Notes: generated by a model from the letters alone, not told the origin. A stretch of DNA of 57,787 bases from a virus (IMGVR_UViG_3300037605_000079:1-57787), one strand, 5' to 3'; shown: positions 1-8,908, numbered from the stretch's first letter. A program made the numbers and translations.

Positions 1-255
1 GCCGTATTCATCAACCCATATTAATAACTCGGCGTTGCCTGTGGTGTCTTTTACGGTAATGGTTTTGCCGGGTAGCTGAATGATGCTATCTACATTTATA
101 ACGCTTTGCACATTTCCGCCAATTAAAGTGGTATCTCGGTAGGTGATCTCTGTGGTAAATTCACGCTCAACCATCGGTGGGTAATATTTAGCGCATTTTT
201 CAGATGTGGTGCATGATAGCAAGATCATGCCAATTACAAAAATGATGTATTTCAT
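1..255 (-). CDS. Lipoprotein, spanin candidate (truncated by window edge; not in ORF track)
   Basis: ATG at 255 overlaps the holin stop (ATGA). Translation MKYIIFVIGMILLSC... has a lipobox Cys and stays open to position 1. Confidence 0.55.
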   Translation of the reverse strand, partial: MKYIIFVIGMILLSCTTSEKCAKYYPPMVEREFTTEITYRDTTLIGGNVQSVINVDSIIQLPGKTITVKDTTGNAELLIWVDEYG

Positions 256-674
256 TTGTTTACCTCCTTTTTATCGGTGAATGCCTTATTAAAACCTTTA
301 GAAATGTATGCTCTAAGGTACTGCATTAGTGATAAACCTAAAATGCTGCTAAAATTCTCTTCCAGGCTTTTACCTTCAATCAATATTAAAAGCAATGCAG
401 CCCCTTTTAAAAATGGTATTTCCGGCACTAAAAACTCCGCCCAATAGGAGAAAATAATACCCAAAGGATAAAGCACAATTTTGGACCAGCTATTTTTCAG
501 CTTTTCGGAGCTGTAAACTTCCCCACGTTTGCGACTTGCCCAGACGCCTGTGAGTATGTCTAAGGCAATTAAAAAGCCTGTAAAAAACAAAAGCGGATAA
601 ATAGGGCTTAATACCGCCGCCAATGCTGTGACCGTATAGGCTAAAGGTTTGTAATATGCAAGAGAATTAGTCAT
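252..674 (-). CDS. Phage holin (Phage_holin_4_1-like)
   Basis: Several TM helices; LIALDILTGVWASRKRGE..SSEKLKNSWSKIVLY and IEGKSLEEN pattern typical of this holin family. Confidence 0.75.
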   Translation of the reverse strand: MTNSLAYYKPLAYTVTALAAVLSPIYPLLFFTGFLIALDILTGVWASRKRGEVYSSEKLKNSWSKIVLYPLGIIFSYWAEFLVPEIPFLKGAALLLILIEGKSLEENFSSILGLSLMQYLRAYISKGFNKAFTDKKEVNK

Positions 675-894
675 TTGTAGAGTTTTGGGAAACGGTTATT
701 AGTCTTGATTTTTCTTGTTTGGTGAAGTAGTTATCTAAATAATCATCATACAGTAAGTTGAACTTTCCTTCATGCTCGATTACTTCGGTGAAGTAATCAG
801 CAAATACATTAGTATTTGCTTCATTGTAAGCCTTCAATTTACTTTGGTTTGCTTCTTCGGCTGCTTCTTTAGAATCGTAAGGTATTAATTTCAT
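667..894 (-). CDS. Small hypothetical protein, companion of LamG protein
   Basis: 75-aa ORF overlapping the LamG gene stop. Confidence 0.55.
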   Translation of the reverse strand: MKLIPYDSKEAAEEANQSKLKAYNEANTNVFADYFTEVIEHEGKFNLLYDDYLDNYFTKQEKSRLITVSQNSTND

Positions 895-1691
895 GAGTTT
901 AAGTAGTTAAATATTGCTGAAACTATCGGAGTACCTAAGCCAAGGCCAATTTTGCCAATATGGCCAATCATTTTATTGTTGCTGTTTTGTCGACTTCCAA
1001 GGCGCAAAAATATATCCTCGTCACGATCATAAAATGAAGAACCTACAAAACTTCCAGATGTAGTACTTGTAATATTCATTTCACTACCATCAATATATAG
1101 CTTCATTTTATCTGCTGTAACGCCTCCCGACCATTGAAAAATAAAATTGTGCGTATTGTTGTCGTTCAATGCTTGTGCTGATCGGTGAACAATCGTTGCG
1201 TTATTGTGTGTTTTCAATAAAGAAATTATATTGCCATCAGCATCGAAAGAAATTAAAAAGCCCGGTACGGATTGATTAAAATTTCCAACTGATAAAATCG
1301 TTTTCCCCCATACATTTCCTGTGACTTTAAATTGTCCGCAAATAAAAAATTTGTCACTAAAATCTGGTGTAAAGCTAGGCGAACGCTTGAGCATTAATTG
1401 ATTACCTGCAAAATACATCCCTTTTTTTGTTCCAAAAACGTTATTTTGTAAATCAGGCTGTAAAGTAACGCCGCTAATTACTAAATCATTTGCTTGAACC
1501 GATGCCGTACTAATAGAGTATAATCCGCTTATTTTGCCATTACTGTCCACCATACCAAAACCATTGGTTGTATTAAGTTCTAAACCATTAGGATCATAAA
1601 TCTGAATTTGGCTAAGGGCATAAGCCATAAAGTCAAACGGCTCCGCCTTTTTTCGATTTCTATATGCAGGATGTAATACTGGTACGTTCAT
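891..1691 (-). CDS. LamG/concanavalin A-like lectin-domain protein, likely receptor-binding spike
   Basis: Beta-rich, with motifs GMYFAG, LNDNNTHNFIFQW, KLYIDG, LRLGS..IGHIG. Confidence 0.7.
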   Translation of the reverse strand: MNVPVLHPAYRNRKKAEPFDFMAYALSQIQIYDPNGLELNTTNGFGMVDSNGKISGLYSISTASVQANDLVISGVTLQPDLQNNVFGTKKGMYFAGNQLMLKRSPSFTPDFSDKFFICGQFKVTGNVWGKTILSVGNFNQSVPGFLISFDADGNIISLLKTHNNATIVHRSAQALNDNNTHNFIFQWSGGVTADKMKLYIDGSEMNITSTTSGSFVGSSFYDRDEDIFLRLGSRQNSNNKMIGHIGKIGLGLGTPIVSAIFNYLNS

Positions 1692-1694
1692 CGC

Positions 1695-1832
1695 TTACTT
1701 TACCATTTTAGCGGCTCTTTTAATCGCCGTCGTCCACTTTTCACCGGGTTTTCTGATTGCCTTAGCCTTTCGGGCTATCTTGCCCACTATTGCGTTACCC
1801 TTTCTTTTGCTTGCTTTCTTTTTAGTTGCCAT
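1695..1832 (-). CDS. 45-aa very basic histone H1/protamine-like peptide (true start probably ATG 1832)
   Basis: MATKKKASKRKGNAIVGKIARKAKAIRKPGEKWTTAIKRAAKMVK; K/R/A-rich and located in the structural operon. Confidence 0.65.
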   Translation of the reverse strand: MATKKKASKRKGNAIVGKIARKAKAIRKPGEKWTTAIKRAAKMVK

Positions 1833-1849
1833 TTGTTCCAAAATTGAGA

Positions 1850-2395
1850 TTAGTAAGAAATTGATAATTGTAGGGTCCAAACTTGATTATTAGGCAGCGT
1901 AAAGCCTTTTTCCGTGCTTACTATCGCGTAAATAGCGTTACTACCCTCTTCGCATTGAAAAGCTGTAGGCTGTAAGTTCTTTGCATTACTTTTCTCGAAA
2001 TTTTCTCGGGCAGAAGATACCGGGTCGTAACTTCTTACAACTTTGTTGTCCGAAGGATCAAAACTTAATGTCATGAAGTCGACATTGGTAAACGAATTGT
2101 AAATAATCAATGGCCCTTTTTGTGACAAATTAGATTGATTGAATACAGCGCTTTCTTCAAATAGATCAACGACAACTTCTGGCGAATCGGTGATTATATC
2201 GCCTTCATAATAACGAATTAATCTAGCTGAAATAACAGCACCACCTTGCCCGGGTCTTGGCGATACGCCTTCAAATTTTATTTTATGAATAAAAGAGTAG
2301 TCTGGATAAGTTCCTGATGCTACAGGAAAATTTACTTCTGTAGATTTCCCAGTTCTATTTCGATCAGTTAAAGGTATACTTTGCAAAAAGTCCAT
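1850..2395 (-). CDS. Beta-rich structural protein (minor capsid/penton candidate)
   Basis: 181 aa, no TM segment, alternating hydrophobic strands, upstream of the spike candidate. Function is inferred. Confidence 0.4.
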   Translation of the reverse strand: MDFLQSIPLTDRNRTGKSTEVNFPVASGTYPDYSFIHKIKFEGVSPRPGQGGAVISARLIRYYEGDIITDSPEVVVDLFEESAVFNQSNLSQKGPLIIYNSFTNVDFMTLSFDPSDNKVVRSYDPVSSARENFEKSNAKNLQPTAFQCEEGSNAIYAIVSTEKGFTLPNNQVWTLQLSISY

Positions 2396-2499
2396 TTATT
2401 TTATTTTTTTGATTAAGAAATACATTGATACAATTACCGCACTAATTAAGAAAACGCCTATTATTTCTATAGGATCCACTTTTACAAATAACCCTCCGA

Positions 2500-2949
2500 T
2501 TATTGAGCTTTTTTTTTTAAATCGGCGTAGTATAAATCAGCTTCATCTTTTCGTCGCCTTACTAATCCCAGTAAAACTTGCCCACCTGCTCTAACCCATT
2601 TTTCAAATTCAACTGCAATAAATGGGTCTGAAGGATTTGCATTTACTTTTTTTAACAATGTAGATTTGCGCAAATTGCTAGGTCCTAAATTGTAAACAAA
2701 TGATACGAGCGCATCAAATTGACTCTGAGTAATATTTGATGTAACGTACTTATTTATATAGCCTTCATATTCTTTTAATTCTTCTACCAGCATACGGTTA
2801 GCATCATCTTCGGTAATGGTGTCTCCCATTTTAACGCCCTTAATATGACCATAGCCAATTGTAGGAATCCCTACCGGATCTAAATAAGCAGAAAGGCGCA
2901 AGCCTTCCCACTTTTTAATCAAATCAATGCCTTGTTTGCTGGTTTTCAT
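2500..2949 (-). CDS. GH24 phage lysozyme; -1 frame extension to 2396 adds a C-terminal TM anchor
   Basis: EGLRLSAYLDPVGIPTIGYGH catalytic motif, QFDALVSFVYNLG, GLVRRR; A10 run just before the stop. Confidence 0.92.
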   Translation of the reverse strand: MKTSKQGIDLIKKWEGLRLSAYLDPVGIPTIGYGHIKGVKMGDTITEDDANRMLVEELKEYEGYINKYVTSNITQSQFDALVSFVYNLGPSNLRKSTLLKKVNANPSDPFIAVEFEKWVRAGGQVLLGLVRRRKDEADLYYADLKKKAQ

Positions 2950-2952
2950 TTT

Positions 2953-3357
2953 TTATCGATATAAAAAGACTAAATCTGTGTCTACTTGGTCCCAAACTTC
3001 TTTACTTACAACTCCTTCGTATTTATACAAATTATAAACTACTTGTCGATACATTGCGACATCATAAGGTATTTTTAAGTTTGCGCTATCGCTTGTAAAT
3101 CCTTTAGACCACATTGCAGCACGCTCTGGGTCGGTTGTAGCTTCTCGCTCAAAACCGATAATATATTTTTTGAAAGCTAAAAGCTGATCGGGCGACAAAA
3201 CAGATTTAATATAATCCATTGCCTTACTTGCATCTGCGGTTGGATTAATTTTTTTCAATTCTTTGGCCAAATTGCTTCCGCTATTTTTAACTAGTAAAAA
3301 ATAGTAGGCTGCCGCTCCAGCGATTAACATTAAAAAGATGATGATGTAATTTTTCAT
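2953..3357 (-). CDS. Membrane protein (N-terminal TM), putative virion membrane protein
   Basis: N-terminal hydrophobic helix IIIFLMLIAGAAAYYFLLV. Confidence 0.6.
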   Translation of the reverse strand: MKNYIIIFLMLIAGAAAYYFLLVKNSGSNLAKELKKINPTADASKAMDYIKSVLSPDQLLAFKKYIIGFEREATTDPERAAMWSKGFTSDSANLKIPYDVAMYRQVVYNLYKYEGVVSKEVWDQVDTDLVFLYR

Positions 3358-3362
3358 AATAA

Positions 3363-3695
3363 TTAATTAAAAAGTTTCCATTTATTTTCCTTATTGGACC
3401 AAAATAAAACGCGATTGTCCGCTAATAGTGCGAAATCGGTATTATCGTAGTTTTTTACTTGCGCTCGAAAAAGTTTTTCTTCAAAAAATACTTCCTTCGT
3501 AAATTCTTGCCCCACTTTAGAGCGCCAAACTTCAGCTGGCGTCATTTGCTTTGAAGTTCCATTATTAACGCTTATAGGTATTATTCTGCCGATCTTATCT
3601 TCTACCACCTTGCGGCCTTTTTTGAAAAAGAAAAAATAAATTATCGCCAAAAGGAATAATCCGCCTAAACTGTATATTAATGCCTTTTTATTCAT
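3363..3695 (-). CDS. Membrane protein (N-terminal TM), putative virion membrane protein
   Basis: ALIYSLGGLFLLAIIYFFFF followed by KKGRK. Confidence 0.6.
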   Translation of the reverse strand: MNKKALIYSLGGLFLLAIIYFFFFKKGRKVVEDKIGRIIPISVNNGTSKQMTPAEVWRSKVGQEFTKEVFFEEKLFRAQVKNYDNTDFALLADNRVLFWSNKENKWKLFN

Positions 3696-3699
3696 GGTA

Positions 3700-3870
3700 T
3701 CAAAGTAGTTTTGTTACTATCGTTTTGATCGTATAAGCCGCTAAAATGATAATTAAAGCTGTTATAGCCATTGACAATAGCGTTTCTTCAGATACGGTTA
3801 TTTCTATCGGCTGAAAAGTTGTACTTTCTAACTCCGACTTTAAGCTTTTAATGGTGTTATTAAATATCAT
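3700..3870 (-). CDS. 56-aa membrane peptide (not in ORF track)
   Basis: Hand translation MIFNNTIKSLKSELESTTFQPIEITVSEETLLSMAITALIIILAAYTIKTIVTKLL; fills the gap in the operon. Confidence 0.55.
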   Translation of the reverse strand: MIFNNTIKSLKSELESTTFQPIEITVSEETLLSMAITALIIILAAYTIKTIVTKLL

Positions 3871-3954
3871 TTTTTCGATCTTTTAAAATTTGTTTTATCG
3901 ATAGAAAAGCGCTTAAACTAAGCGTTATTATTGTTAAGAATGGAATTGTTTTTT

Positions 3955-4410
3955 TCATGGCTTGATTACTTGTTTTATATAACCATAGGCTACAAATAAT
4001 AGAACAATAAATAAGGCGGGTATTAGGTACTTAAAAGAGTTGCTAGTATTTAACACTCCTTCTGTAGTGTTATTTATAACATCTGTTGTTCTTTCTCCAG
4101 TTTTTAAAACCGTATAAGTAGCGTCATTTATTACACCTACTAAACCCGTGCTAATCGACCGGTATATTCCCATGTCTTTAGCCCATTCAATAAATTCAAT
4201 GTCGTCATTAACATAATTTCCACGAATAGCTCCAAAACTCGGTGCATCCGGATTGTTCCACGCTGCAACAAAACGCTTTTTAGCTTCTTCTAATCCAAAC
4301 TCTCTAAATAGTTCATCAAACCATTTTCGCCAGTCCGCTGCACTCCAGTAAGTATCGAAGCCCCAACTGTCGTAATCTGGTTGAGAATATGCGGTTATGG
4401 TAGTCATCAC
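3955..4410 (-). CDS. Protein with C-terminal TM anchor, putative virion membrane protein
   Basis: Trp-rich N-terminus; C-terminal YLIPALFIVLLFVAYGYIK. Confidence 0.6.
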   Translation of the reverse strand: MMTTITAYSQPDYDSWGFDTYWSAADWRKWFDELFREFGLEEAKKRFVAAWNNPDAPSFGAIRGNYVNDDIEFIEWAKDMGIYRSISTGLVGVINDATYTVLKTGERTTDVINNTTEGVLNTSNSFKYLIPALFIVLLFVAYGYIKQVIKP

Positions 4411-5141
4411 CTATTTTTTAGATAAATTGATAAACCTACAACCACAGAAACAACCGATAAAATTGAAATTATAGCAATAATCAACCGAGTTTGATTTTTA
4501 TCTTCCTCATTTTTAAGGTTCATTCTCGAAATATTAAAGCTGGTTAAAGCTTGAACATTTTGACTGTTGGCCATTGCTTCCGCCGATCTTCTATCGTTAT
4601 TAGACCTTTTATTTCCATTGAATAAATTGTCTACTCCACCAAGAATGCTTCCAACTCCTTGTGCAGCTATTCCCAAAGTCATTGGGTCGAAATGATCTAA
4701 ATTAGAATGATATTTCGATAGACCTAATATTTGCCCAGGTGTTGGTCTTGTTATACCGCCTTCAAAGTGATCGATATTCCTAAATAGTTCATCCATTTCT
4801 TTTAAATTTCCGTTGTTATGTGCGCTTAAATGCGCTTTTTTTACTACAGCGTTAAATACTCTCTCATTTTCTGAACCTAAGCGCTTTTTTAATAAATTAA
4901 TAGCTTCGATCAATTCTGATGAATTTAATTTAGCTATTTGTTCCGCCGCATAATTATCAGCTTTTATTTCATCTGAACTGTCATTAACTATATGTCCAAC
5001 TTCATGCAGCAAAATAAACTTTTGCTCCTGATCTGTTAGCTTAGGAAACTCTATTTCGTTAATGTAGATTTCTTTTGTTGCTCTATTTGCTGCGGCTAAT
5101 GAGTTTCCTAAAAAATCGACATACAAAACGTTTATTGTCAT
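4407..5141 (-). CDS. HEXXH zinc metallopeptidase domain fused to a Gly-rich segment and C-terminal TM
   Basis: FILLHEVGHIVN...DEIKADNYAA (HEXXH plus downstream E..AD, as in M48/M78-like peptidases); C-terminal LIIAIISILSVVSVVVGLSIYLKNR. Confidence 0.7.
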   Translation of the reverse strand: MTINVLYVDFLGNSLAAANRATKEIYINEIEFPKLTDQEQKFILLHEVGHIVNDSSDEIKADNYAAEQIAKLNSSELIEAINLLKKRLGSENERVFNAVVKKAHLSAHNNGNLKEMDELFRNIDHFEGGITRPTPGQILGLSKYHSNLDHFDPMTLGIAAQGVGSILGGVDNLFNGNKRSNNDRRSAEAMANSQNVQALTSFNISRMNLKNEEDKNQTRLIIAIISILSVVSVVVGLSIYLKNR

Positions 5142-5455
5142 CTATTCTTAATTAGATAAAATAAACCTCCCAGAAAAACAACAACCGCAAAAACTCCCAA
5201 TATTTTTGAGTAATTAGTAGTTTTAATTGGGGCTTCTTCTTTTGGTTTTACATTTCTCTCTACAGCTGGAGTTGCCCTAAATTCAGGCATTGATGGTGCA
5301 CTCGGTTTTGCTGAATTAATACCAGCAACATCAGCCACTGACTGAAATCCTTCTGAAATAATTTTTTTTGGACTGTCGCCAGAAAGTAGTTTACCGGCAC
5401 TAGTTATTGGATTAACATTTACAATTGCTTTTCCAACTTTTTTAAAAAATTCCAT
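5138..5455 (-). CDS. Protein with C-terminal TM anchor, putative virion membrane protein
   Basis: Amphipathic N-terminus MEFFKKVGKAI, Pro-rich linker, C-terminal TM ending LIKNR. Confidence 0.6.
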   Translation of the reverse strand: MEFFKKVGKAIVNVNPITSAGKLLSGDSPKKIISEGFQSVADVAGINSAKPSAPSMPEFRATPAVERNVKPKEEAPIKTTNYSKILGVFAVVVFLGGLFYLIKNR

Positions 5456-5456
5456 T

Positions 5457-6068
5457 TTAACGTTTCTTTTTTAGCACCAAAGCGCCGATGAATAATACAA
5501 TAGCAACACCAATTCCAATTACTAAAGGTTTTTTGTAAAACGGAACAGACTCTTCAGCTTCATCTAAAATATTGGGAGTAGTTGCATTTGGAATTGCTGG
5601 TTTTGATAAATTTACCTCAGACACGCCTCCTTTTAAATTGCCTATCAACTTACTTGCACTATCTAACACAGTAACAAACTGGTTTAAGCTCCATTTTTTA
5701 GGCTCTGCGTCAACTTGAGATGGTTTATCATTTAACTCCTTAGAGCCTAAAATAACTCCCTCGAATGGCCGACTAAATACGGGTCCTAACAATGATCCCT
5801 CAAAATTAGATACCATCAAATTAGGTCTTGTTTTTTTTGCTTCAGACTTAATATTTTCTGGCATTTTTTCATCGCGATAAACTTGATAAAGTTCTCGAGC
5901 AAAATCAGCTCCAGAAGGTCCTTTATACGCTTCGATTATCTTAGCTACTGTAACTTCTCCGTACTGATTAAATCGTTGCATCACGGCAACTACGCGATCT
6001 TTATTTTTTTGTATTAAATCAAGTATGAATTTTTCTAATACAATTCTGTCTTCTGCTGTTTTAGACAT
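5457..6068 (-). CDS. Protein with C-terminal TM anchor, putative virion membrane protein
   Basis: FYKKPLVIGIGVAIVLFIGALVLKKKR; internal SNFEG and PFEG motifs. Confidence 0.6.
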   Translation of the reverse strand: MSKTAEDRIVLEKFILDLIQKNKDRVVAVMQRFNQYGEVTVAKIIEAYKGPSGADFARELYQVYRDEKMPENIKSEAKKTRPNLMVSNFEGSLLGPVFSRPFEGVILGSKELNDKPSQVDAEPKKWSLNQFVTVLDSASKLIGNLKGGVSEVNLSKPAIPNATTPNILDEAEESVPFYKKPLVIGIGVAIVLFIGALVLKKKR

Positions 6069-6090
6069 TTGATTATTTTTTTATATTGGT

Positions 6091-6124
6091 AAAAAGAAAG
6101 GGGCACACGCTAGCGTACCCCTTT
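6091..6124 (-). terminator. Rho-independent terminator after the capsid candidate
   Basis: AAAGGGG...CCCCTTT stem with an A-run on + (U-tract on -). Confidence 0.6.
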
Positions 6125-6165
6125 AATTATTAATCAATCAATGAACGCCGATTAAAGCAAGGTTT

Positions 6166-6777
6166 TTACTGAGAAACTTCCCAATATCCTTCTAAAGTGA
6201 TTTCAGCATCTGAACTCTTAGGCACATTCAAAATCGCTACGCTTAAAGGACCCATTGTAAACACGTCGTTATACTCTGGTAAATAAGCCACAATTTTAGA
6301 ACCTTGGTTCTGATTTGTACTGAAGTACTTTTTCAAAGAAATACGTCTTTCAGATTCAGACTGGAATGGGTGAGCAGGACCAACTACTAAATCTTTATCG
6401 AAAGACTTTGGGTTGTTAGAACTGTACTCAATTCGCTCTACAACAAAATTGAATTTCTTCAACAAACCCTGAAGGTGCGAAATAGTCAATTTTGGATCAG
6501 TCGGAGTCATGGTAACTTTACCGTCGATGACCGGACCGTCTACAGCAATCGCTTCGGTTGCAAAGCCATAGTTTTTTAACTCCGAATTGTTCGCTAATAA
6601 TGCTGAACTAATTGCGATCGGTGTAGTAGCATCAGCCGTAGCTGTTGCAGAAATGTTAAAAGCAAATTTAACTGGTATTCTCATGTTGTTGGATTTTGCA
6701 GAAGGGTTTTCGCCTTCAAAATTATCAATAGATCTTTGCGCGTTTCTAGCCGCCGCTCTCAAAACTTCGTTATCCAT
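6166..6777 (-). CDS. Major capsid protein candidate (single jelly-roll size)
   Basis: 203 aa, soluble and beta-rich. Near the start of the structural operon, downstream of the packaging ATPase, followed by a terminator. Fold not verified. Confidence 0.55.
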   Translation of the reverse strand: MDNEVLRAAARNAQRSIDNFEGENPSAKSNNMRIPVKFAFNISATATADATTPIAISSALLANNSELKNYGFATEAIAVDGPVIDGKVTMTPTDPKLTISHLQGLLKKFNFVVERIEYSSNNPKSFDKDLVVGPAHPFQSESERRISLKKYFSTNQNQGSKIVAYLPEYNDVFTMGPLSVAILNVPKSSDAEITLEGYWEVSQ

Positions 6778-6789
6778 TTTTTATAAAAA

Positions 6790-7014
6790 TTATGACGCTT
6801 TTGCGTCGGCTGTTTTACTAACTACAGAAAGCTTTGGCTTGCTTTCCTTTTTGCGCTTGTGCTCGTTAATTGTTCCGGTAAATGTTTTTCCTTCGCCATC
6901 CGTTAACGAAACAGTTTTTACTGTCATTTTCTTATCATAAATGATAACGGCTAACATTGCAACCGCGAAAATTGCGAGTAAATAAAAAACTGATTTTATT
7001 GAAATATTATTCAT
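6790..7014 (-). CDS. Small membrane protein with basic C-terminus
   Basis: N-terminal TM VFYLLAIFAVAMLAVIIY; KRKKESKPK tail. Confidence 0.6.
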   Translation of the reverse strand: MNNISIKSVFYLLAIFAVAMLAVIIYDKKMTVKTVSLTDGEGKTFTGTINEHKRKKESKPKLSVVSKTADAKAS

Positions 7015-7197
7015 TTGATAGGTTTTGAAATTAATTCAGGAGCAAATATTACTGTCGGGCTTAAATTTTTCGGACGATTTCACGCTATTCCGAACTTAAT
7101 TAGTTGAATTTAGGCATTAAACAACTTTGTGAGCTATTAATTTGAATAAAAAAAAGCGCTCAAAAAGAATGAACGCTTTATTTAGGTTTTTATAGTT

Positions 7198-7413
7198 TTA
7201 AAAATCGTCGGTTAGACCGCCTATTTCTTCATCTATTATTTTTAACTGCTTAGGACTAAATTTTCTCGATGTTTTAATGTAGCCCGTTTCATTTACTAAT
7301 CGGTCAAATATGCGACCAGAATTAAAAATTTCATGATCGTTTTTAGACAAGCCTAATTTTTCTAAGACTGTAGCTTTCCAATTGTATTTATTAATGTTGA
7401 AATTTTCAGTCAT
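7198..7413 (-). CDS. Small hypothetical protein, possibly DNA-binding
   Basis: 71 aa with RKFSPKQLKII..EIG motif; function uncertain. Confidence 0.45.
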   Translation of the reverse strand: MTENFNINKYNWKATVLEKLGLSKNDHEIFNSGRIFDRLVNETGYIKTSRKFSPKQLKIIDEEIGGLTDDF

Positions 7414-7416
7414 TGT

Positions 7417-8025
7417 TTAAGGTCTTACATCTAAAGTGACGTTTATATGTTTATTTTTTGATCTTGATATTATTTGAAGCGCCTTTTCTATTTCAGGAGA
7501 AGGAAACCTGGATCTAGTTCTCTTTATTTCCTCTCCTGTTTTAAATAGCGTCAAAAGATCTATGTATGGACATAGCTCCAGAGGTATTTTGATCACCATA
7601 TGAAATACCAATATTAAATCAACGTTCTTTTGCTTACTATCCAATACTAAATTCCTTTGAGATTCGGTTAGTTTGCCATTAAGAAAAAATCGCGTAGCAT
7701 CTTCGACAATTACTAACATATTATAACAGTACTTTGCCGCGATCATTAAGGATAAATTAACGTCTGAAGAACAAACTCTTTTGACTCGTACGCCGTCATT
7801 TCCCCATCTCGGGACTTGCAAAGGTTCTATTATTGGAATGGATGTATTATTATCTGGATCATCATATGTTGCTAATGTTCTCCATGTTTGAGAGTCGAAG
7901 GTATCTATTATCAAGACTTTTATTTCAGGCCTTGAAGCTAAGACTTTCTTAATTTTATTTTTTGTAAAGTCAGTTTTTCCAGTACCTCGTCCACCTGCTA
8001 AAGCTGTAACTAAATTTACACTCAT
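7417..8025 (-). CDS. FtsK/HerA-superfamily genome-packaging ATPase (A32/PRD1 P9-like)
   Basis: N-terminal Walker A GGRGTGKT, VLIID strand, Walker B LVIVEDAT, SKQKNVDLILVFH motif; ~200 aa with no TM or nuclease domain. Confidence 0.8.
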   Translation of the reverse strand: MSVNLVTALAGGRGTGKTDFTKNKIKKVLASRPEIKVLIIDTFDSQTWRTLATYDDPDNNTSIPIIEPLQVPRWGNDGVRVKRVCSSDVNLSLMIAAKYCYNMLVIVEDATRFFLNGKLTESQRNLVLDSKQKNVDLILVFHMVIKIPLELCPYIDLLTLFKTGEEIKRTRSRFPSPEIEKALQIISRSKNKHINVTLDVRP

Positions 8026-8027
8026 TT

Positions 8028-8597
8028 TTAAGCTGTTAAAACGTTAATCAATCTAGTACCTACTAATTCCGCTAGTTTGACATAAAAAAGACCTTTAACA
8101 TTCATTTCAAAGCCTGTTTCTTCAGCGTATAGCTCGCAAACTTCTCGGAAATCTTCTTTTTCTTCGTCATTTAATTTTAATGATGCTTTTAGTTTTTCGA
8201 GCTTTGAGGAATAAAAAGCGGCTCTTTCCTGAAGTTCGATTTCTTCTGGCGTTAGCTTGCCTTGGTCTTTTGTTTCGATTAGTTCTAATTGGCCCCAATC
8301 ACTTTCGGATAGTTTCTTTTCAAACTTATGATTGAGAAAAGGTACACCAAAATTAAGCGCTAAAGATAAGGCGGATACCATACCTTTAGCAGTTACATCT
8401 GCAGATTGTTTTCGTTCTCCTGCTTCTTCAGCTTCAAAATTTAGGCGATTTTCTTCTTCTTCATGCTCTAAAAATTCAGGCTCTGGATCTGGTATTGGTG
8501 GAGGAGTAAATTTTGGCTCTTTATACTCTTTATCCTGCATTAATTCATCTACAAGACTAACTGTATTAGCAAGGTTTTTAAATTCATCATTCAGCAT
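8028..8597 (-). CDS. Hypothetical protein upstream of ATPase (packaging accessory candidate)
   Basis: Acidic/Pro-rich N-terminus, weakly hydrophobic segments, abuts the ATPase gene. Confidence 0.5.
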   Translation of the reverse strand: MLNDEFKNLANTVSLVDELMQDKEYKEPKFTPPPIPDPEPEFLEHEEEENRLNFEAEEAGERKQSADVTAKGMVSALSLALNFGVPFLNHKFEKKLSESDWGQLELIETKDQGKLTPEEIELQERAAFYSSKLEKLKASLKLNDEEKEDFREVCELYAEETGFEMNVKGLFYVKLAELVGTRLINVLTA

Positions 8598-8904
8598 TGT
8601 TTTCGGCTTTTATTTGTAGATCAATTTTTTTGATAATAGGCCATATGTCAGCCATTGGAGCAAATTTTTCTTTAAAACTATTGCTTTTGTTTTTTTTGAA
8701 TGGATTGGGCGAAAAATGACTTAAAAGCATTGGGATTAATGAAGATTTTATTTTTTCTTCTACAGCTTCAGCACCTTCATTTATTGAGTTTGTTAACTCC
8801 AGATTTTCTATCACTTTATAGATGTTAGAGTGAATAGCTTTAATATCTTCTTTTTTTTCCTGAAGCTCTGCTTTTAATAGCTCGTTTTCTAGTTCTAAAT
8901 TCAT
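8587..8904 (-). CDS. Hypothetical protein
   Basis: 105-aa ORF overlapping the next gene; coiled-coil N-terminus. Confidence 0.5.
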   Translation of the reverse strand: MNLELENELLKAELQEKKEDIKAIHSNIYKVIENLELTNSINEGAEAVEEKIKSSLIPMLLSHFSPNPFKKNKSNSFKEKFAPMADIWPIIKKIDLQIKAENNAE

Positions 8905-8908
8905 AGGG

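Noticed and set aside
7417-8025. Element A as an inovirus (Zot-like ATPase plus RCR Rep)
   Set aside because: The ATPase has no TM segment, and the element is over 16 kb and encodes lysozyme, holin and a spanin-like lipoprotein, which does not fit non-lytic filamentous phages.
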